From Amphiscolops sp. MND2022 (Eukaryota), in NCBI GenBank assembly GCA_964187785.1, contig OZ076409.1, forward strand, positions 60,946,001 to 61,010,000: 64,000 bases of DNA, written 5' to 3'. Position numbers and translations under genes: made by a program. Numbering within the stretch: the first letter of the stretch is position 1; every line of letters starts with the position of its first letter. Under the pieces are notes generated by a model, which worked only from the letters and a program-made list of their open reading frames with translations, searched no databases and was not told the DNA's origin. This document shows positions 1 to 11,004 of the stretch, in pieces.

Positions 1-240
1 GAATTTTGGCTGAAAATGCAATTCAAAAGTGAAATTAATCATGACTAATTTTGGTCTCAATCGTGAGTAATTTTTTTACTCACGATTGGGACCAAAACAT
101 CACAAAATCTTTTTTCATTTTAGTATACTGAAAGGCCTCCTTTTTGTCCTCACGAAAGATATTAGGGATTAATTTTAACTGTTTGACTTCTAATAACAAC
201 GAAGTTTGGCTAAAAATGCAATTCAAAAGTTCAGTTGAAT
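1..240 (-). repeat. Hairpin satellite B copy (partial)
   Basis: TTTTGGTCTCAATCGTGAGTAA...TTACTCACGATTGGGACCAAAA palindrome; flanks match the reverse complement of the ~200-bp unit at 24451-25175. Confidence 0.85.
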
Positions 241-242
241 GT

Positions 243-485
243 TGACACTAATGTCTTCGGGTCCTTCCACATGGCGCTGCGATACACGTCTGCAGGCGGG
301 GAAGTGCCAACACCAGGGGGATTGTCAGCTGTGTCGGGATTGCCAGCTTTCTGAAATTCGCCGGACACAGCACCTAAAACAGAACGGGAATTTCTAACCA
401 CCTTTGAACAAAACTATTCAATAAATGAATTAGAACTCCTGGCGGTAGTTTGGGCAATAGAGAATTTTCGAAACTATGTGTATAT
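243..485 (+). mobile_element. Gypsy fragment: LTR end, PBS, first ~27 gag codons, then a jump to RNase H
   Basis: CA|TGGCGCTGCGA at 270-282; frame MALRY...GLPAF* matches the Gag start of the intact element; then EQNYSINELELLAVVWAIENFRNYVY. Confidence 0.85.
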
Positions 486-778
486 CTGCCCCTCAAGAAT
501 ATGTCATTATTATGTCACGTTGGCTATTTTCGCATGAGCTATTTTGTAACGTTGGATATTTTGGCATTGGCTAATATGGCATTGGTTATTATGATAATGA
601 TTTGATGCATTTGACGCTCCGACGCTCTCATTAGCACGCGTCTCAATACTGTGTTCTTTAGTACAATCAATTATTTGCATCCAAAAATAAATAATTGTAA
701 TTGCTACCTCCTAATAATAAAAAATTGTGTTTATTTTAATGCCAATCATTTTTCGACCAATTATTTTTTTAACACCCC

Positions 779-1200
779 TGCAAGTAGAGAGATAGGTAGA
801 TATCTACCCGCTGGGTAGATAGGTTATTACCGTTCCAATTCACAGTAACGCACTCACCAGGCAGAACGATAGGAATTGCTGACTATTTTTCCAGGTATCC
901 CTCGCCAAGTCACCAAAATAACCAAATAAAAGAACTATGGAATAACTGGTTTACAGTAAACAAAATTGATAATGAGAAAATTGTTTTAGATCAGCAGAAA
1001 CGGCAAGAAGTAACAAAGCAACCAATCAGAGAAAAGATGACAGGTGAGGAAAATGTGGCAGGAGAGAGCGAACGGACGGCCGGCGGCGAAAGCGAACGCG
1101 AGAACGAAATATGCAAACAAGAAAGAAAAACACTTAAAGGCATAATTGCGTCAATTTGTAATCAAGACAGCAGCGGAACGATGAACGACGAATAACTGTA
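779..1200 (+). mobile_element. Gypsy RNase H end plus linker fragment
   Basis: Encodes RWVDRLLPFQF...PGRTIGIADY..., EELWNNWFTVN and QPIR. Confidence 0.85.
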
Positions 1201-1327
1201 ATAAAAACTAAAACCACTGGTGTTTCTACAACACACTTAGCACTGTATACTGGGGAGAACTAAAAGTTTATGTATGGTGGGGTCGTTTAGCACTAGGAAT
1301 GGTTAGTACTAGAAGTCTAAATGACAG

Positions 1328-1567
1328 TCAGCGCATCCTAAATTCGAAAAACGGATCGATTCTTACACTTCCACTGGGCCCGTTCCTTAAGACACAGTTC
1401 TTCCTGCAAAGGGGGCACGCAACTTCTAATCTCGCCTGGGCCCACCCTCTGCGCTCGTTGTCGCGATCCTTCACCTCAATCCAACGATTGCGGCATCCCT
1501 CACAGAGGAAGTGTTGGTCGTGGAGGCTCGTTCGTGTTTCTTCATGGCAGACCATGCACTGAGGCAT
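1328..1567 (-). CDS. RING-finger-like protein, 79 aa (may be a terminal exon)
   Basis: CMVC-x8-H-x2-H-x2-CEGC-x25-CPLCR; real ATG at 1567. Confidence 0.65.
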   Translation of the reverse strand: MPQCMVCHEETRTSLHDQHFLCEGCRNRWIEVKDRDNERRGWAQARLEVACPLCRKNCVLRNGPSGSVRIDPFFEFRMR

Positions 1568-1599
1568 TTTGCGATATAATATGAAGGTATCAAAATTAT

Positions 1600-2330
1600 G
1601 GTTAGAAAATTTTGTTTCGAAATTATGGACGTTTTTGCTGGGCAGTATTCCAATTGAATGATAACCAGACTGGTTAAACCAGTAACCGAAATTTCAGCAA
1701 ACATTGAAAGATTTCAACTAAAGGGAACGTCCCTTTTGTTCACGGTACCTTGGCGTTTTTTCACACTGAAAGTGGCTTTCATGCATTACTCGCTTTCTTT
1801 AATGAACACGCGGACACTGATAAATAACCTTTTTGGGCTAACAATTAATTAGAATCCTAATTACGGACAAGTGAGATCAACAATTTCTCTTTGTTCAGCT
1901 ATTGCTATTGAACCGTGAATCAGAACATTTTGAAGCTGAATATGAACATTGTAAACGCGACCAGGCCGCCCATATTTTGTCCCCGGTGTCCCAACCATCA
2001 TGACATGTAATAGCAACGAATACTTTTCTCCTTGACTTGTAATAAACACAAAATTTGTCTCAAAAGTCCTAGTCTCACGAAAACACCTATCAATTTTGCA
2101 TGGCATTTTTTGAAAACATGGCATTTATTCATAACTGTCTTGTCATCAAAATATGGCAGATTTTGATCAATTGCCATTTTTTCATTAGCACTCAACGAAT
2201 GAGCTCGTTTTTGAATGGTCCCAAAACGACTATGGAAAGTAAGACCATATCTTTATACATGTGTCGTGGAAACCATATACATATCTTAAACTGTAAGAAA
2301 ACAACTACTAAAGGGGGTGGTAGGTAGTAC
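1600..2330 (-). repeat. Segment duplicated in inverted orientation at 21706-22290
   Basis: Near-identical shadow ORFs 1861-2124(-) and 21944-22207(+); the second copy has an internal deletion and stops just before the RING ORF. Confidence 0.9.
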
Positions 2331-2680
2331 GTCAATATTTAAATCTGACTGTATTGTCCTGGTTTCCACCAATTTGAGCATATTGTCTTGGATTCCACCA
2401 AAATAGCATTCACTGTTCGATGGCCACGAAAGCGACTGTGGAAAGTAGGACCATATCATTATACATGTGTCGTGGAAACCATATACATATCTTAAACTGT
2501 ACGAAAACAACTACCGAAGGTAGTAGTATTTCAATATGTAAATTTTAAAGAACCGTATTAGTGTCGAGGAACTATTGTTCAATTTTGGATGGCGTTTCAT
2601 AATTTTCTGGCATTTTTCCTCGTTTTGCTTTTAAATAAAATCTGGCAGATTTTGTTTAACTCCAACTTTTCGATTGGTTT
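2060..2680 (-). repeat. Repeat arm A (tandem ~190-bp GTGGAAACC/TTTCCAC units)
   Basis: Reverse complement of TTGACGTACTACCCCCTTTGGTAGTTGTTTTCTTACAGTTTAAGATATGTATATGGTTTCCACGACACATG... Confidence 0.9.
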
Positions 2681-2941
2681 ACCATGGTTTATCATAACCT
2701 CTACTTCTCGCGACGTAACGGGGTACGATGTGTTGGTTTCTCTTCACTGTATCTGATCTTCAGCAGAGTATGAAAAATCTTTCACAACTTGAAATTGGAG
2801 TTATGTTTATCACAGAGATACGCAAATTCAAGAACAGATTTCTAACAGTATTATTTTGAAATAGTAATGTTTCGCTAGATATGAACACAAATATCAACAC
2901 AACATAATTACGGTGTCCCATTTTTTGTTGAACTCTGGGGT

Positions 2942-5900
2942 CTACAAAGTGATCTGAGAACATTCTTCATCTAAGTCGTCGTCGTCATCATCAATGTTGT
3001 CAATTTCTCCGGCAAAAGTGTCATCATCATTCTCGAAAAAGAGTTTTGGTAATCTCGTTTGTCCATTTCTGTATCGTTTGAGATAAGCCACAGCCGATAT
3101 ATTCTCGTTTGATTTTTTCCCTGATATTTGATCAAGGAAGAGTGGTCTCATATCATTTACTCTGGCTCGACGAAAATTACTTCCGGGGGCGATGGTGTAA
3201 TCTTTGGTGTCTAACAACGTAACTACTTTTTTGACATCCATGGTAAAATTCTTCTTCAAAAAAGTTAGACCTCCTTGGGCAAATTTCTGAGCAATTTGTG
3301 AGTATTGAGCAGTTTCTTTTTTCTGTGTTGCTGTGAGTTGCGATGATGGGCATTGACTGTCCGAATCTGAAGACTGATACGTGGAAAGTCTTAGTTTTTT
3401 CGCCGGCGGCATCTTCTTTTTCAGTTCTTCAATTTCTTGCACAGATCCTGTGGCGATTACTAGGTCTTCTTCGTCTTTGACCAGAACGAAGCAATTACGC
3501 AGTCGTGAATGTGTCTTCATGAGGGTGTCTGCTTGATCGTGTTCAATGAATATGCCCCCCATTTCGTTGATAAATTTAATCAGAACATCCTTCGTTAACG
3601 AAATCCCATCGACTACCCCTAATCTTCCAATTGAAGTGAACCTCATACCACTTAAAAGTTGGGAATCGGGATGCGATTTCCCGATTGCAAGAGAAGTCGA
3701 GGAAATTGGGGTCTTGCAAAGTTCGAGGTATGTTGGTCCGGGGTATTTGGCATCCAAATCATCAACAAGTTTCTTAAGTATTTCAGATATTTCCAAGCCA
3801 TCATGCTTCATTGTTTCCAATTCAATCGATGCACGGAGGAATTTTCCAAATGAAGATGACAATTCCAGGAAAAGAGGATCTTTATGGTAAATATTACCGC
3901 CACCACGCATGGTTTTTGTCTGGAAATAGCGATTTGCGTGATGATTGGATTTTTCAAGCCCTTCGCACATGTGGTCAAAAGGTCTTTCCACAAACCCTCC
4001 TTCTACAATCTGCGGCATCATTGCGAGCTTCAACTTATATGGTGTCAATGAGCATTCACCAAATAACAAAATGCTTGTCTGATAATATATTTCAGCCCAT
4101 TTCTTGTAGCATTGGGCGTCAAACTGCTCAGATCTCAAGAGAATTGCACAGCGGTTCAGGCTGGAGCGCAGCAATTCACATGCATCTGTCTTCGAGATGT
4201 ATGGATTGGCGGATGCCTTGTCACTAGGGTGAGGCTTATCGAAAAGTTCTGGGAGAAATTGTTTTAGTATTTGAGCACTAGCAGCTGATTCACTCCCAAT
4301 AACAACATCGTTTGTGGGATCCCAAACATCTTCAAAAAGATTCCCTATTGAACAATCATTTGCGCCAGCCAATTCTTCTTTTTCTGCTATAATAGATAGG
4401 GCATTACTTCCGGCTAATGACACACTGTTCACAGTACCAACACCAGAACCTAGTTTTGTGTTCACATTGAACTGGAAATATGGCCTTTTTGCATCACGTC
4501 GTGTACGATTTTCTTCAAAGGCTTTGAGTGAGGGGCCATAATCGGGATACTTGTCAGTGATTATTTTCTGCGCCACTCTCCTCAAGTCGTTTTCAACACA
4601 TCTGGTGATCATGTGCGTCGGGTCAGGGCATATACATCGCACGTCTTGGAAATAAACAAGGGATGTTTTTGGCAGTTCCTCTCGGGAAGGTATCTTAAGA
4701 TCGGTTCTCAGACCTGTTTCAGGATGGCAATTTGTTGGCAAAAAGCTATTATCAGGAACATGAAGTGGCATTTTTGATTCGAAATTCGTTTCACAGGAAA
4801 TTCCAAGTATCAAGCGTAGCAAAAATGGTGTATCTCCACTGTAGGTTAGTTTAACACCACGATCTGACAACTCCGACGTTTTCTGGTAGAGCCAACCCGA
4901 ACTTTGATCACCAGCTATAGTTGGTCCAAGGTTCTGTTCCATCGCGAATCGGCTGTCTTTTCCTCGATACGATGCAAAACAGAACACTGAACTTGATGAC
5001 TGGCAACTAATTTTTTCCGATAACACTCGAAAGGCAAAACGGGTTGTTTCCAGGCCTCCAATTTCACAACCGTCGCCCCAGATATCAATTCTGAAACCAC
5101 ATAAATCATACATTCCGAGCAAGTATGCGGCCAGCTCAACACATTTTATCAGATCGCATCGGAAACCGGAGAACGTTCTTTCGGGATGGCATAGTGAAAC
5201 AAAATAGGTCTGGATTTGAGCTGATGTCTTGATCAAGCGTATACAAGGTACTACGTTGTATCCCAAGCCAACTACCGAAAGTTTCGATCTGATAAGTTTT
5301 ATGACTGCCTCTGTATTTCCAGTTTGAGCAGTAAAAGATAAAATGTCACTGAATTCCTTGGTCGATCCTCGATTCTCAAAAAGTCGGTCGATTAGAATTT
5401 TCACCACATTCACGTCTTCCTTCTTTGTGAATCCCTGGTATTTCCGTTTAACAATATTGTCTTTCACTTGTTCTACAAACTCAGTGAACCCAATTTCTTT
5501 ATTATCGTTGGCCTCATCGATGACCTTTTTCCAGAAACAAGTGGCTGCTTCTTTGTTCAATTTTTTTGTTCTCCTCTTTTGGGGGTATGGGCTTGTCGCT
5601 GCATCAAGGTACATTGTTGGTGGTGCATGCGAATCCACTGTTTCAAGGTCCATTGTTGGTGGTGCATGCGAATCCATGGTTCCAGGGTCCATTGTTGGTG
5701 GTGCATGCGAATCCATGGTTCCAGGGTCCATTGTTGGTGGTGCATGCGAATCCATGGTTCCAGGGTCCATTGCTGGTGGTGCATGCGAATCCATGGTTCC
5801 AGGGTCCATTGTGGGTGGTGCATGCGAATCCATGGTTCCAGGGTCCATTGTTGGTGGTGCACGCGAATCCATGGTTCCAGGGTCCATTGTTGGTGGTGCA

Positions 5901-6397
5901 TGCGAATCCATGGTTCCAGGGTCCATTGTTGGTGGTGCATGCGAATCCATGGTTTCAAGGTCCATTGTTGGTGGTGCATGCGAATCCATGGTTTCAAGGT
6001 TCATTCTTGGTGTTGCAAGCGAATTCATTGTTCCAAGGTCCATTGTTGGTGGTGCATGCGAATCCATGGTTTCAAGGTCCATTCTTGGTGTTGCAAGCAA
6101 TTTCATTGTTTCAAGGTCCATTCTTGGTGTTGCAAGCGAATTCATTGTTTCAAGATTCATTCTTGGTGTTGCAAACGAATTTATTGTTTCAAGCACCATT
6201 GTTGGTGGTGGTGAAAACAGATCCGAGGTACGTATTGCAAGGGGATTCAAGGTTGGTGTTACAAGAAGAGGAAAATTGAAAGTATCTTCGTAAGGAATCA
6301 AATATCGAGGGACGAAGCATTCCACAAATCTCTTCCTTGCGTCGGTCCATTGGAAATCCTTGAACCCTCGGAAGATTAAAAACATCGCAATTTTTCC
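2942..6397 (-). CDS. RAG1/Transib-like DDE transposase, terminal exon (1151 codons), with N-terminal 13-aa repeats and C-terminal BRCT-like domain
   Basis: Uninterrupted ORF; putative triad IWGDG (D 5072-5074), YSGDTP (D 4832-4834), MCEGLEKSN (E 3962-3964); CPDPTH and LTPYKLKLAMMPQIV resemble RAG1 IDALH and ITNYFHKTLAHVPEII; LSGMRFTSIGRL...LTKDVLIKFINEMGG is BRCT-like; acceptor TTTTCAG| at 6398. Confidence 0.7.
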   Translation of the reverse strand, partial: GKIAMFLIFRGFKDFQWTDARKRFVECFVPRYLIPYEDTFNFPLLVTPTLNPLAIRTSDLFSPPPTMVLETINSFATPRMNLETMNSLATPRMDLETMKLLATPRMDLETMDSHAPPTMDLGTMNSLATPRMNLETMDSHAPPTMDLETMDSHAPPTMDPGTMDSHAPPTMDPGTMDSRAPPTMDPGTMDSHAPPTMDPGTMDSHAPPAMDPGTMDSHAPPTMDPGTMDSHAPPTMDPGTMDSHAPPTMDLETVDSHAPPTMYLDAATSPYPQKRRTKKLNKEAATCFWKKVIDEANDNKEIGFTEFVEQVKDNIVKRKYQGFTKKEDVNVVKILIDRLFENRGSTKEFSDILSFTAQTGNTEAVIKLIRSKLSVVGLGYNVVPCIRLIKTSAQIQTYFVSLCHPERTFSGFRCDLIKCVELAAYLLGMYDLCGFRIDIWGDGCEIGGLETTRFAFRVLSEKISCQSSSSVFCFASYRGKDSRFAMEQNLGPTIAGDQSSGWLYQKTSELSDRGVKLTYSGDTPFLLRLILGISCETNFESKMPLHVPDNSFLPTNCHPETGLRTDLKIPSREELPKTSLVYFQDVRCICPDPTHMITRCVENDLRRVAQKIITDKYPDYGPSLKAFEENRTRRDAKRPYFQFNVNTKLGSGVGTVNSVSLAGSNALSIIAEKEELAGANDCSIGNLFEDVWDPTNDVVIGSESAASAQILKQFLPELFDKPHPSDKASANPYISKTDACELLRSSLNRCAILLRSEQFDAQCYKKWAEIYYQTSILLFGECSLTPYKLKLAMMPQIVEGGFVERPFDHMCEGLEKSNHHANRYFQTKTMRGGGNIYHKDPLFLELSSSFGKFLRASIELETMKHDGLEISEILKKLVDDLDAKYPGPTYLELCKTPISSTSLAIGKSHPDSQLLSGMRFTSIGRLGVVDGISLTKDVLIKFINEMGGIFIEHDQADTLMKTHSRLRNCFVLVKDEEDLVIATGSVQEIEELKKKMPPAKKLRLSTYQSSDSDSQCPSSQLTATQKKETAQYSQIAQKFAQGGLTFLKKNFTMDVKKVVTLLDTKDYTIAPGSNFRRARVNDMRPLFLDQISGKKSNENISAVAYLKRYRNGQTRLPKLFFENDDDTFAGEIDNIDDDDDDLDEECSQITL
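5615..6199 (-). repeat. Coding minisatellite, 15 x 39 bp (MDPGTMDSHAPPT / MNLETMNSLATPR)
   Basis: Units counted directly in the translation. Confidence 0.95.
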
Positions 6398-6799
6398 CTG
6401 AAAAGAATATTTTTTCGAAAACGGTTTTTGTGGTGGATATGTAAATGTTTCAGTTATGTATTTAGTAAAGGTATTTTTAGTTTTTGGGGATGAGGGCAAA
6501 AAACAAAGATGAAGAGAAAAAAAATTCAAAATGAATTTCCAAACTTATTTTCATATCGTGGTTCGTAGTTTTTTCCAAAATGAATGCATTGATTTCGAAT
6601 GCGAGCGACCACTAAATTGCAAGAACGTGGCGTGTAGCCAATTGGTGGTGGACAAGAGAAAACGCGCGGTTTGCACAATTATATCAATTTAAATGAACAT
6701 TCACAAATCTCCAAAAGCATCCAAAACGCCAGCGAAGTACGACTTTTACGAAAAAGATAGACACTTGCAAAAATGGTAATTAGAAAAAAAGTTACTTAC

Positions 6800-7110
6800 T
6801 GCTATACACACAGTCGGTTTGCTTTGTCCTTTCGTGGGAATTCTCCGGAGTAAGTCTTTGTTATTTAACCCACACCCGGCGAATGCATCGTCAATGATCT
6901 TTTCGAGTTTTCTGTATTTGTTCGTGAATCGTTTCTCGGCCATGACTTCGAACATTTTGCTGTCGATAAACAACAAATTTTCATCGATTTGTACAGAATG
7001 GGCATTCCAAAGTGCTAAGGGGTCCATTAAAAGAGCGTTGATATGAGATTTCAACAACGTTGTGTTCAACTCAACTAGTGATGAAGATGTATGAAGGTCA
7101 CAGTGACTAT
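6800..7110 (-). CDS. Upstream exon of the transposase gene
   Basis: Acceptor TTTCAG| at 7111; donor GCA|GTAAGT at 6799 is phase 0 and joins in frame to the acceptor at 6398. Confidence 0.65.
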
Positions 7111-7359
7111 CTGAAATATATTTGCAAAATGACGCTTTGATTTAGAAGTTGAGATTGGGAGTTAAGATGAACCGACACGTTCACAAAAAGAGGGACTTTC
7201 AATACCATAATGAAAAGAAGCTCTTGAACAACTTTCTCTTTACGTGACGTGGAAACCCTATTTTCGTGACTAATAAATTTTAAAACCAAGCCAATACAAA
7301 CTGATATGATTATGGACGTAACACGAAGCTCGTTCGTTAAAGTAAAGTAGTCAAAAAAC

Positions 7360-7842
7360 TGCAGTTTAAAAAAACTTGCCAGATTTTGCTGGCAAGCCAG
7401 GTTTTTTTAAATGCCAGATTTTTCTAAAACGTCATTCAAAATTGAGCAATATTTCCATGACAATAATAGGGTATATTAGATTTTAAATATTGACGTACTA
7501 CCCCCTTTGGTAGTTGTTTTCTCACAGTTTAAGATATGTATATGGTTTCCACGACACATGTATATTGATATGGTCTTGCTTTCCACAGTCGCTTTCGTGG
7601 CCATCGAACAGTGAATGCTATTTTGGTGGAATCCAGGACAATATGCTCAAATTGGTGGAAACCAGGACAATACAGTCAGATTTAAATATTGACGTACTAC
7701 CCCCTTTGGTAGTTGTTTTCTTACAGTTTAAGATATGTAAGCGGTTTCCACTTCACATTTATAAAGATATGGTCCTACTTTCCACAGTCGCTTTCGTGGC
7801 CATCGAACAGTGAATGCTATTTTGGTGGAATCCAGGACAAAG
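7360..7842 (+). repeat. Repeat arm A (two units)
   Basis: Direct sequence match to other arm copies. Confidence 0.9.
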
Positions 7843-8022
7843 GTGGTATGGATAATTGACTGAACTTAATCTGACCATCTGGTTGAAAATCTGGTTCATA
7901 TATATCGGATAATTATTCGAAAAGTGAACGAAATGAGTATTTTTAAAAAACCAAAAAAAAAGTGTTCAGAATAAACAGACTCTTGAAAAAGCACATGAAG
8001 ATATTTGTCAGCAAGTCGCTTT

Positions 8023-8265
8023 TCACGAAAAAAGGGACCGCGCTGTTGGGTCCTCGTAATCGAATTTCAATTCTTCGAAAGGGCTTATATCTCTGATAGC
8101 CCTGAAGCAGCAAACTCGGGACTGGTCATAAAGCAAAATGTCAGTTTGCTTTATGTTTGCATCTTTGGAACAGTGGTTAATGAGGCGTCCCAAACATAGA
8201 ATATTTGGGTGACTTTCACATATCTCGGAGGAAGCGTTGATCAGTCTCCGTCCGGGACCTTTCAC
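8023..8265 (-). CDS. SET domain C-terminal exon (PR-Set7/KMT5A-like)
   Basis: CLGRLINHC...FRAIRDISPFEELKFDY; acceptor TTCCAG| at 8266, phase 0. Confidence 0.85.
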   Translation of the reverse strand: MKGPGRRLINASSEICESHPNILCLGRLINHCSKDANIKQTDILLYDQSRVCCFRAIRDISPFEELKFDYEDPTARSLFS

Positions 8266-8339
8266 CTGGAACAAAGAAGTTCCAAGAATACCTTACAAAA
8301 GCCCACAATTTTCAACAGATTTTGGAATGAAATGATCCA

Positions 8340-8436
8340 AAAATGAATTAGTTACTAGCTGTCGTGTGAGAATATTGAAAGTTATGTATGTGGTACACAA
8401 TTTGGAGTCGTATCTGATCACAAGGCTTTACAAGTT
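8340..8436 (+). mobile_element. Degenerate Gypsy RNase H fragment inside the SET intron
   Basis: ELLAV...YVCGTQFGVVSDHKAL. Confidence 0.7.
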
Positions 8437-8495
8437 CCAGATGTTCTTGATGGTGTTCTAGATGATCTAGATAGATCTTGTTGCAACGAAGACTT

Positions 8496-8756
8496 TTGTG
8501 TTGTAGGTCTTACTGCGATGAAAGGAAGCGAAGTTGAGTAATTGTAAATTCAGGCAATGTTTGTGTAAATGTCACTATTCACTAAAATAGCAAATCAGAT
8601 AAAAATGGCAGTACTATTGGTTAGTCCCTAACCAATAGTAATGCCTTTTTTAACTGATTTGCCATTCTACTGAATAGTGACATTCGCACGTATATTGCCT
8701 GAATTTACAATTACTCAACTTCGCTTCCTTTCATCGCAGTAAGACCTACAACACAA
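8496..8756. mobile_element. Foldback MITE inside the SET intron
   Basis: ~130-bp inverted arms TGTGTTGTAGGTCTTACTGCGATGAAAGG / CCTTTCATCGCAGTAAGACCTACAACACA. Confidence 0.85.
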
Positions 8757-8976
8757 CAGCATACTAAAAAATCCTGTTTTGAAAAGCAAAAAAGTTTCGT
8801 GTACTTTCATTTAGCTAGGTCCTAGTGAACTAATAATTTTTTTCTTCTTCACTTTTAGCTCTCTAGGTCCAAAATTGATAAAAGAACAAATACTCATACT
8901 TTTTAGACTTTTTAGATTTTTTATGTGTCTTCACTCACTTGGTATGTATCTAACAAAAAAACTTTAGATTACGTAC

Positions 8977-9735
8977 CTCCATCAGATATTCAGACTGTAC
9001 GCCTTCCATCGCCAGAGCTTGTATCAATGTCATTTTCTCAAGTATTTGACCGTGGTAGTCAAGCACAATCTCGTTTTTAAAAAACTTCTGTGTGCTGACC
9101 ACTCCGCGTCCATAAGATTTGAAAATGGCTGGACATACGCCTGGCCAGCTCTGCGTGTCACATCGTTCGAATAGTAAGGTCTGACACTCGAAATCCATGT
9201 TATGTGCCATCCCTTTATACATTATTTTGACAGAACCATCACTGCCCATTCGTCTCGAATCTGGATTTTGTAGCATAGGTAAAACCAACAGAAACACTTT
9301 TCTAATATCCTGTTTGACGTCTTCTGGGGTTGTCCATTTCTGCTTCTGGAAAAATCCTTCGATTCTTTTCTCCAAGACGTTCAAGTCACATTTCCCGTTC
9401 ATGTATTTGAAGAACGTTGCGGCTCGAGCTGACTGTCGTGCGTATCGTTGAGCATCTTGATGTTTTCTCACGCATGTTTTGATGGTATCCTGGTCAAATT
9501 CATTGCCAAATTTTCCTTGCACTTCCCTGATTTGATTTTTCAATTTTGGCAATCGTGCTTCAGGGTCGTCAACAATTGGATAGATGAGTTCCAATTTGAA
9601 CTTCAGCTGATTGGCTGGTTTTTCACATTGTTGAAGTATCTGAAATACATGCTTTCGATTAAATATATGATCTGTTACACTAGAACTACAATGGTTTAGT
9701 AGATGTAGGTTTTTCAATCGAAGTTGTTTTGAAAA
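8977..9735 (-). CDS. SET-gene exon ending in the SET N-terminal half
   Basis: YGRGVVSTQKFFKNEIVLDYHG...EYLME|GTACGT; phase-0 join to 8265; 5' acceptor (GAG at 9736) uncertain. Confidence 0.75.
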
Positions 9736-9781
9736 CTCCGAAATATATAAAAATTTAAATGTCAAAAAAAAACAAACGTAC

Positions 9782-10011
9782 AGGGATCAAATACTGGTCG
9801 ACAACATGGCTCGGTCTAAAACAAGACTTCCCAACAGAATTGACGAACAGGAGCTCTGTCACGACTGGTCGGTCATCACTTTTGGAGACACATCGTTGGA
9901 ATTTCACACCTTCGGTTTTGTTGAGAAAATCAGGTCTCGTGTGGCTGGCATACTCAACCAAACCTTCGATTAACCAGCGTGGTGTCTTGTAATGTATTCG
10001 AGAAACAGAAT
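9782..10011 (-). CDS. Upstream exon of the SET gene, weakly tyrosine-recombinase-like
   Basis: Acceptor TTTGCAG| at 10012; RIHYKT...LVEYASHTRP...LLFVNSVGK; donor CCT|GTACGT. Confidence 0.5.
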
Positions 10012-10169
10012 CTGCAAAAAAGACATTTATTGAACATGTAAATTAGTTTCGAGTTTTCAGTTTTTTTTAAAATTTCATTTGTCAGAAAGACAAAATAGGC
10101 CCAAAATATTTTCGCCTTTAAGAACTCTAATCAATCGGAAATCTGACACCTAAACAAAATTTATTGAAA

Positions 10170-10890
10170 AAACAAACAAAGTTATTTCACAACGCCATTC
10201 AACACTGAACAATATTTCCATGACAATAAGACGGTTTATAAGGTTTTAAATTTTGACGTACTACCCCCTTTGGTAGTTGTTTTCTTACAGTTTAAGATAT
10301 GTATATGGTTTCCACGACACATGTATAATGATATGGTCTTACTTTCCACGGTCGCTTTCGTGGCCATCGAACAGTGAATGCTATTTTGGTGGAAACCAGG
10401 TCAATATGCTCAAAATTGTTGTTTTCTTACAGTTTAAGATATTTTAAAACGCAATTCGAACATTGAGCAATGCTTCTAATATTTCTGTTGTAGAGAAAAG
10501 AATAGTGCGAACTGTGTATTATGGCAAAGTAAGGTCAACTGACCATTTCATCTATTTTGCCATTTTCCTTCAGAATGGCAATTATTGGTTGTTCACCAAC
10601 AGTCTAGATATCGCCACTTACAACTTCCTCACGCTCTGCCATATTCCCTTCTTTGTAAATGAAAGGGCAAAGTAATTATTATCAACTAGGAATGTTAATT
10701 TTCGGCACAGCCGAGAATTGCCAAAAACGCCGAAACCCAATAAATTTAGAGTGAAGGTGCCGAAATCCAACTTGGAAAAACATTCGGAGCAGGCTATTTT
10801 TTACCAATGCGCCATCGAACAGTGAATGCTATTTTGGTGGAATCCAGGATATTATGCTCAAAACGGTGGTGGAAACCAGGACAATATATC
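10170..10890 (+). repeat. Arm A pieces enclosing a ~340-bp segment (10466-10810) that is also present at 39988-40345
   Basis: Direct sequence identity; shadow ORFs 10463 and 39989 nearly identical. Confidence 0.85.
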
Positions 10891-11004
10891 CAATTGTTGT
10901 TTGGATCATTCAAAATTGATAGCTACTTTGATTTTCATCATATGTTTGAAAAAGTCAAAAAAAGTTTAAGAGGTTAAGGGTTTAGGTTATGCATAAATAC
11001 TTAC

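Noticed and set aside
5343-6293. Overlapping ORFs in several other frames
   Set aside because: By-product of a stop-poor 39-bp repeat inside the transposase ORF.
6398-6529. Start of the 1195-aa ORF at 6529
   Set aside because: The codon is TTG; a splice acceptor at 6398 explains the open frame better.
7500-7842. Repeat A arrays as a CRISPR-like array
   Set aside because: Units are contiguous ~190-bp tandem repeats without unique spacers; no cas genes; eukaryotic context.
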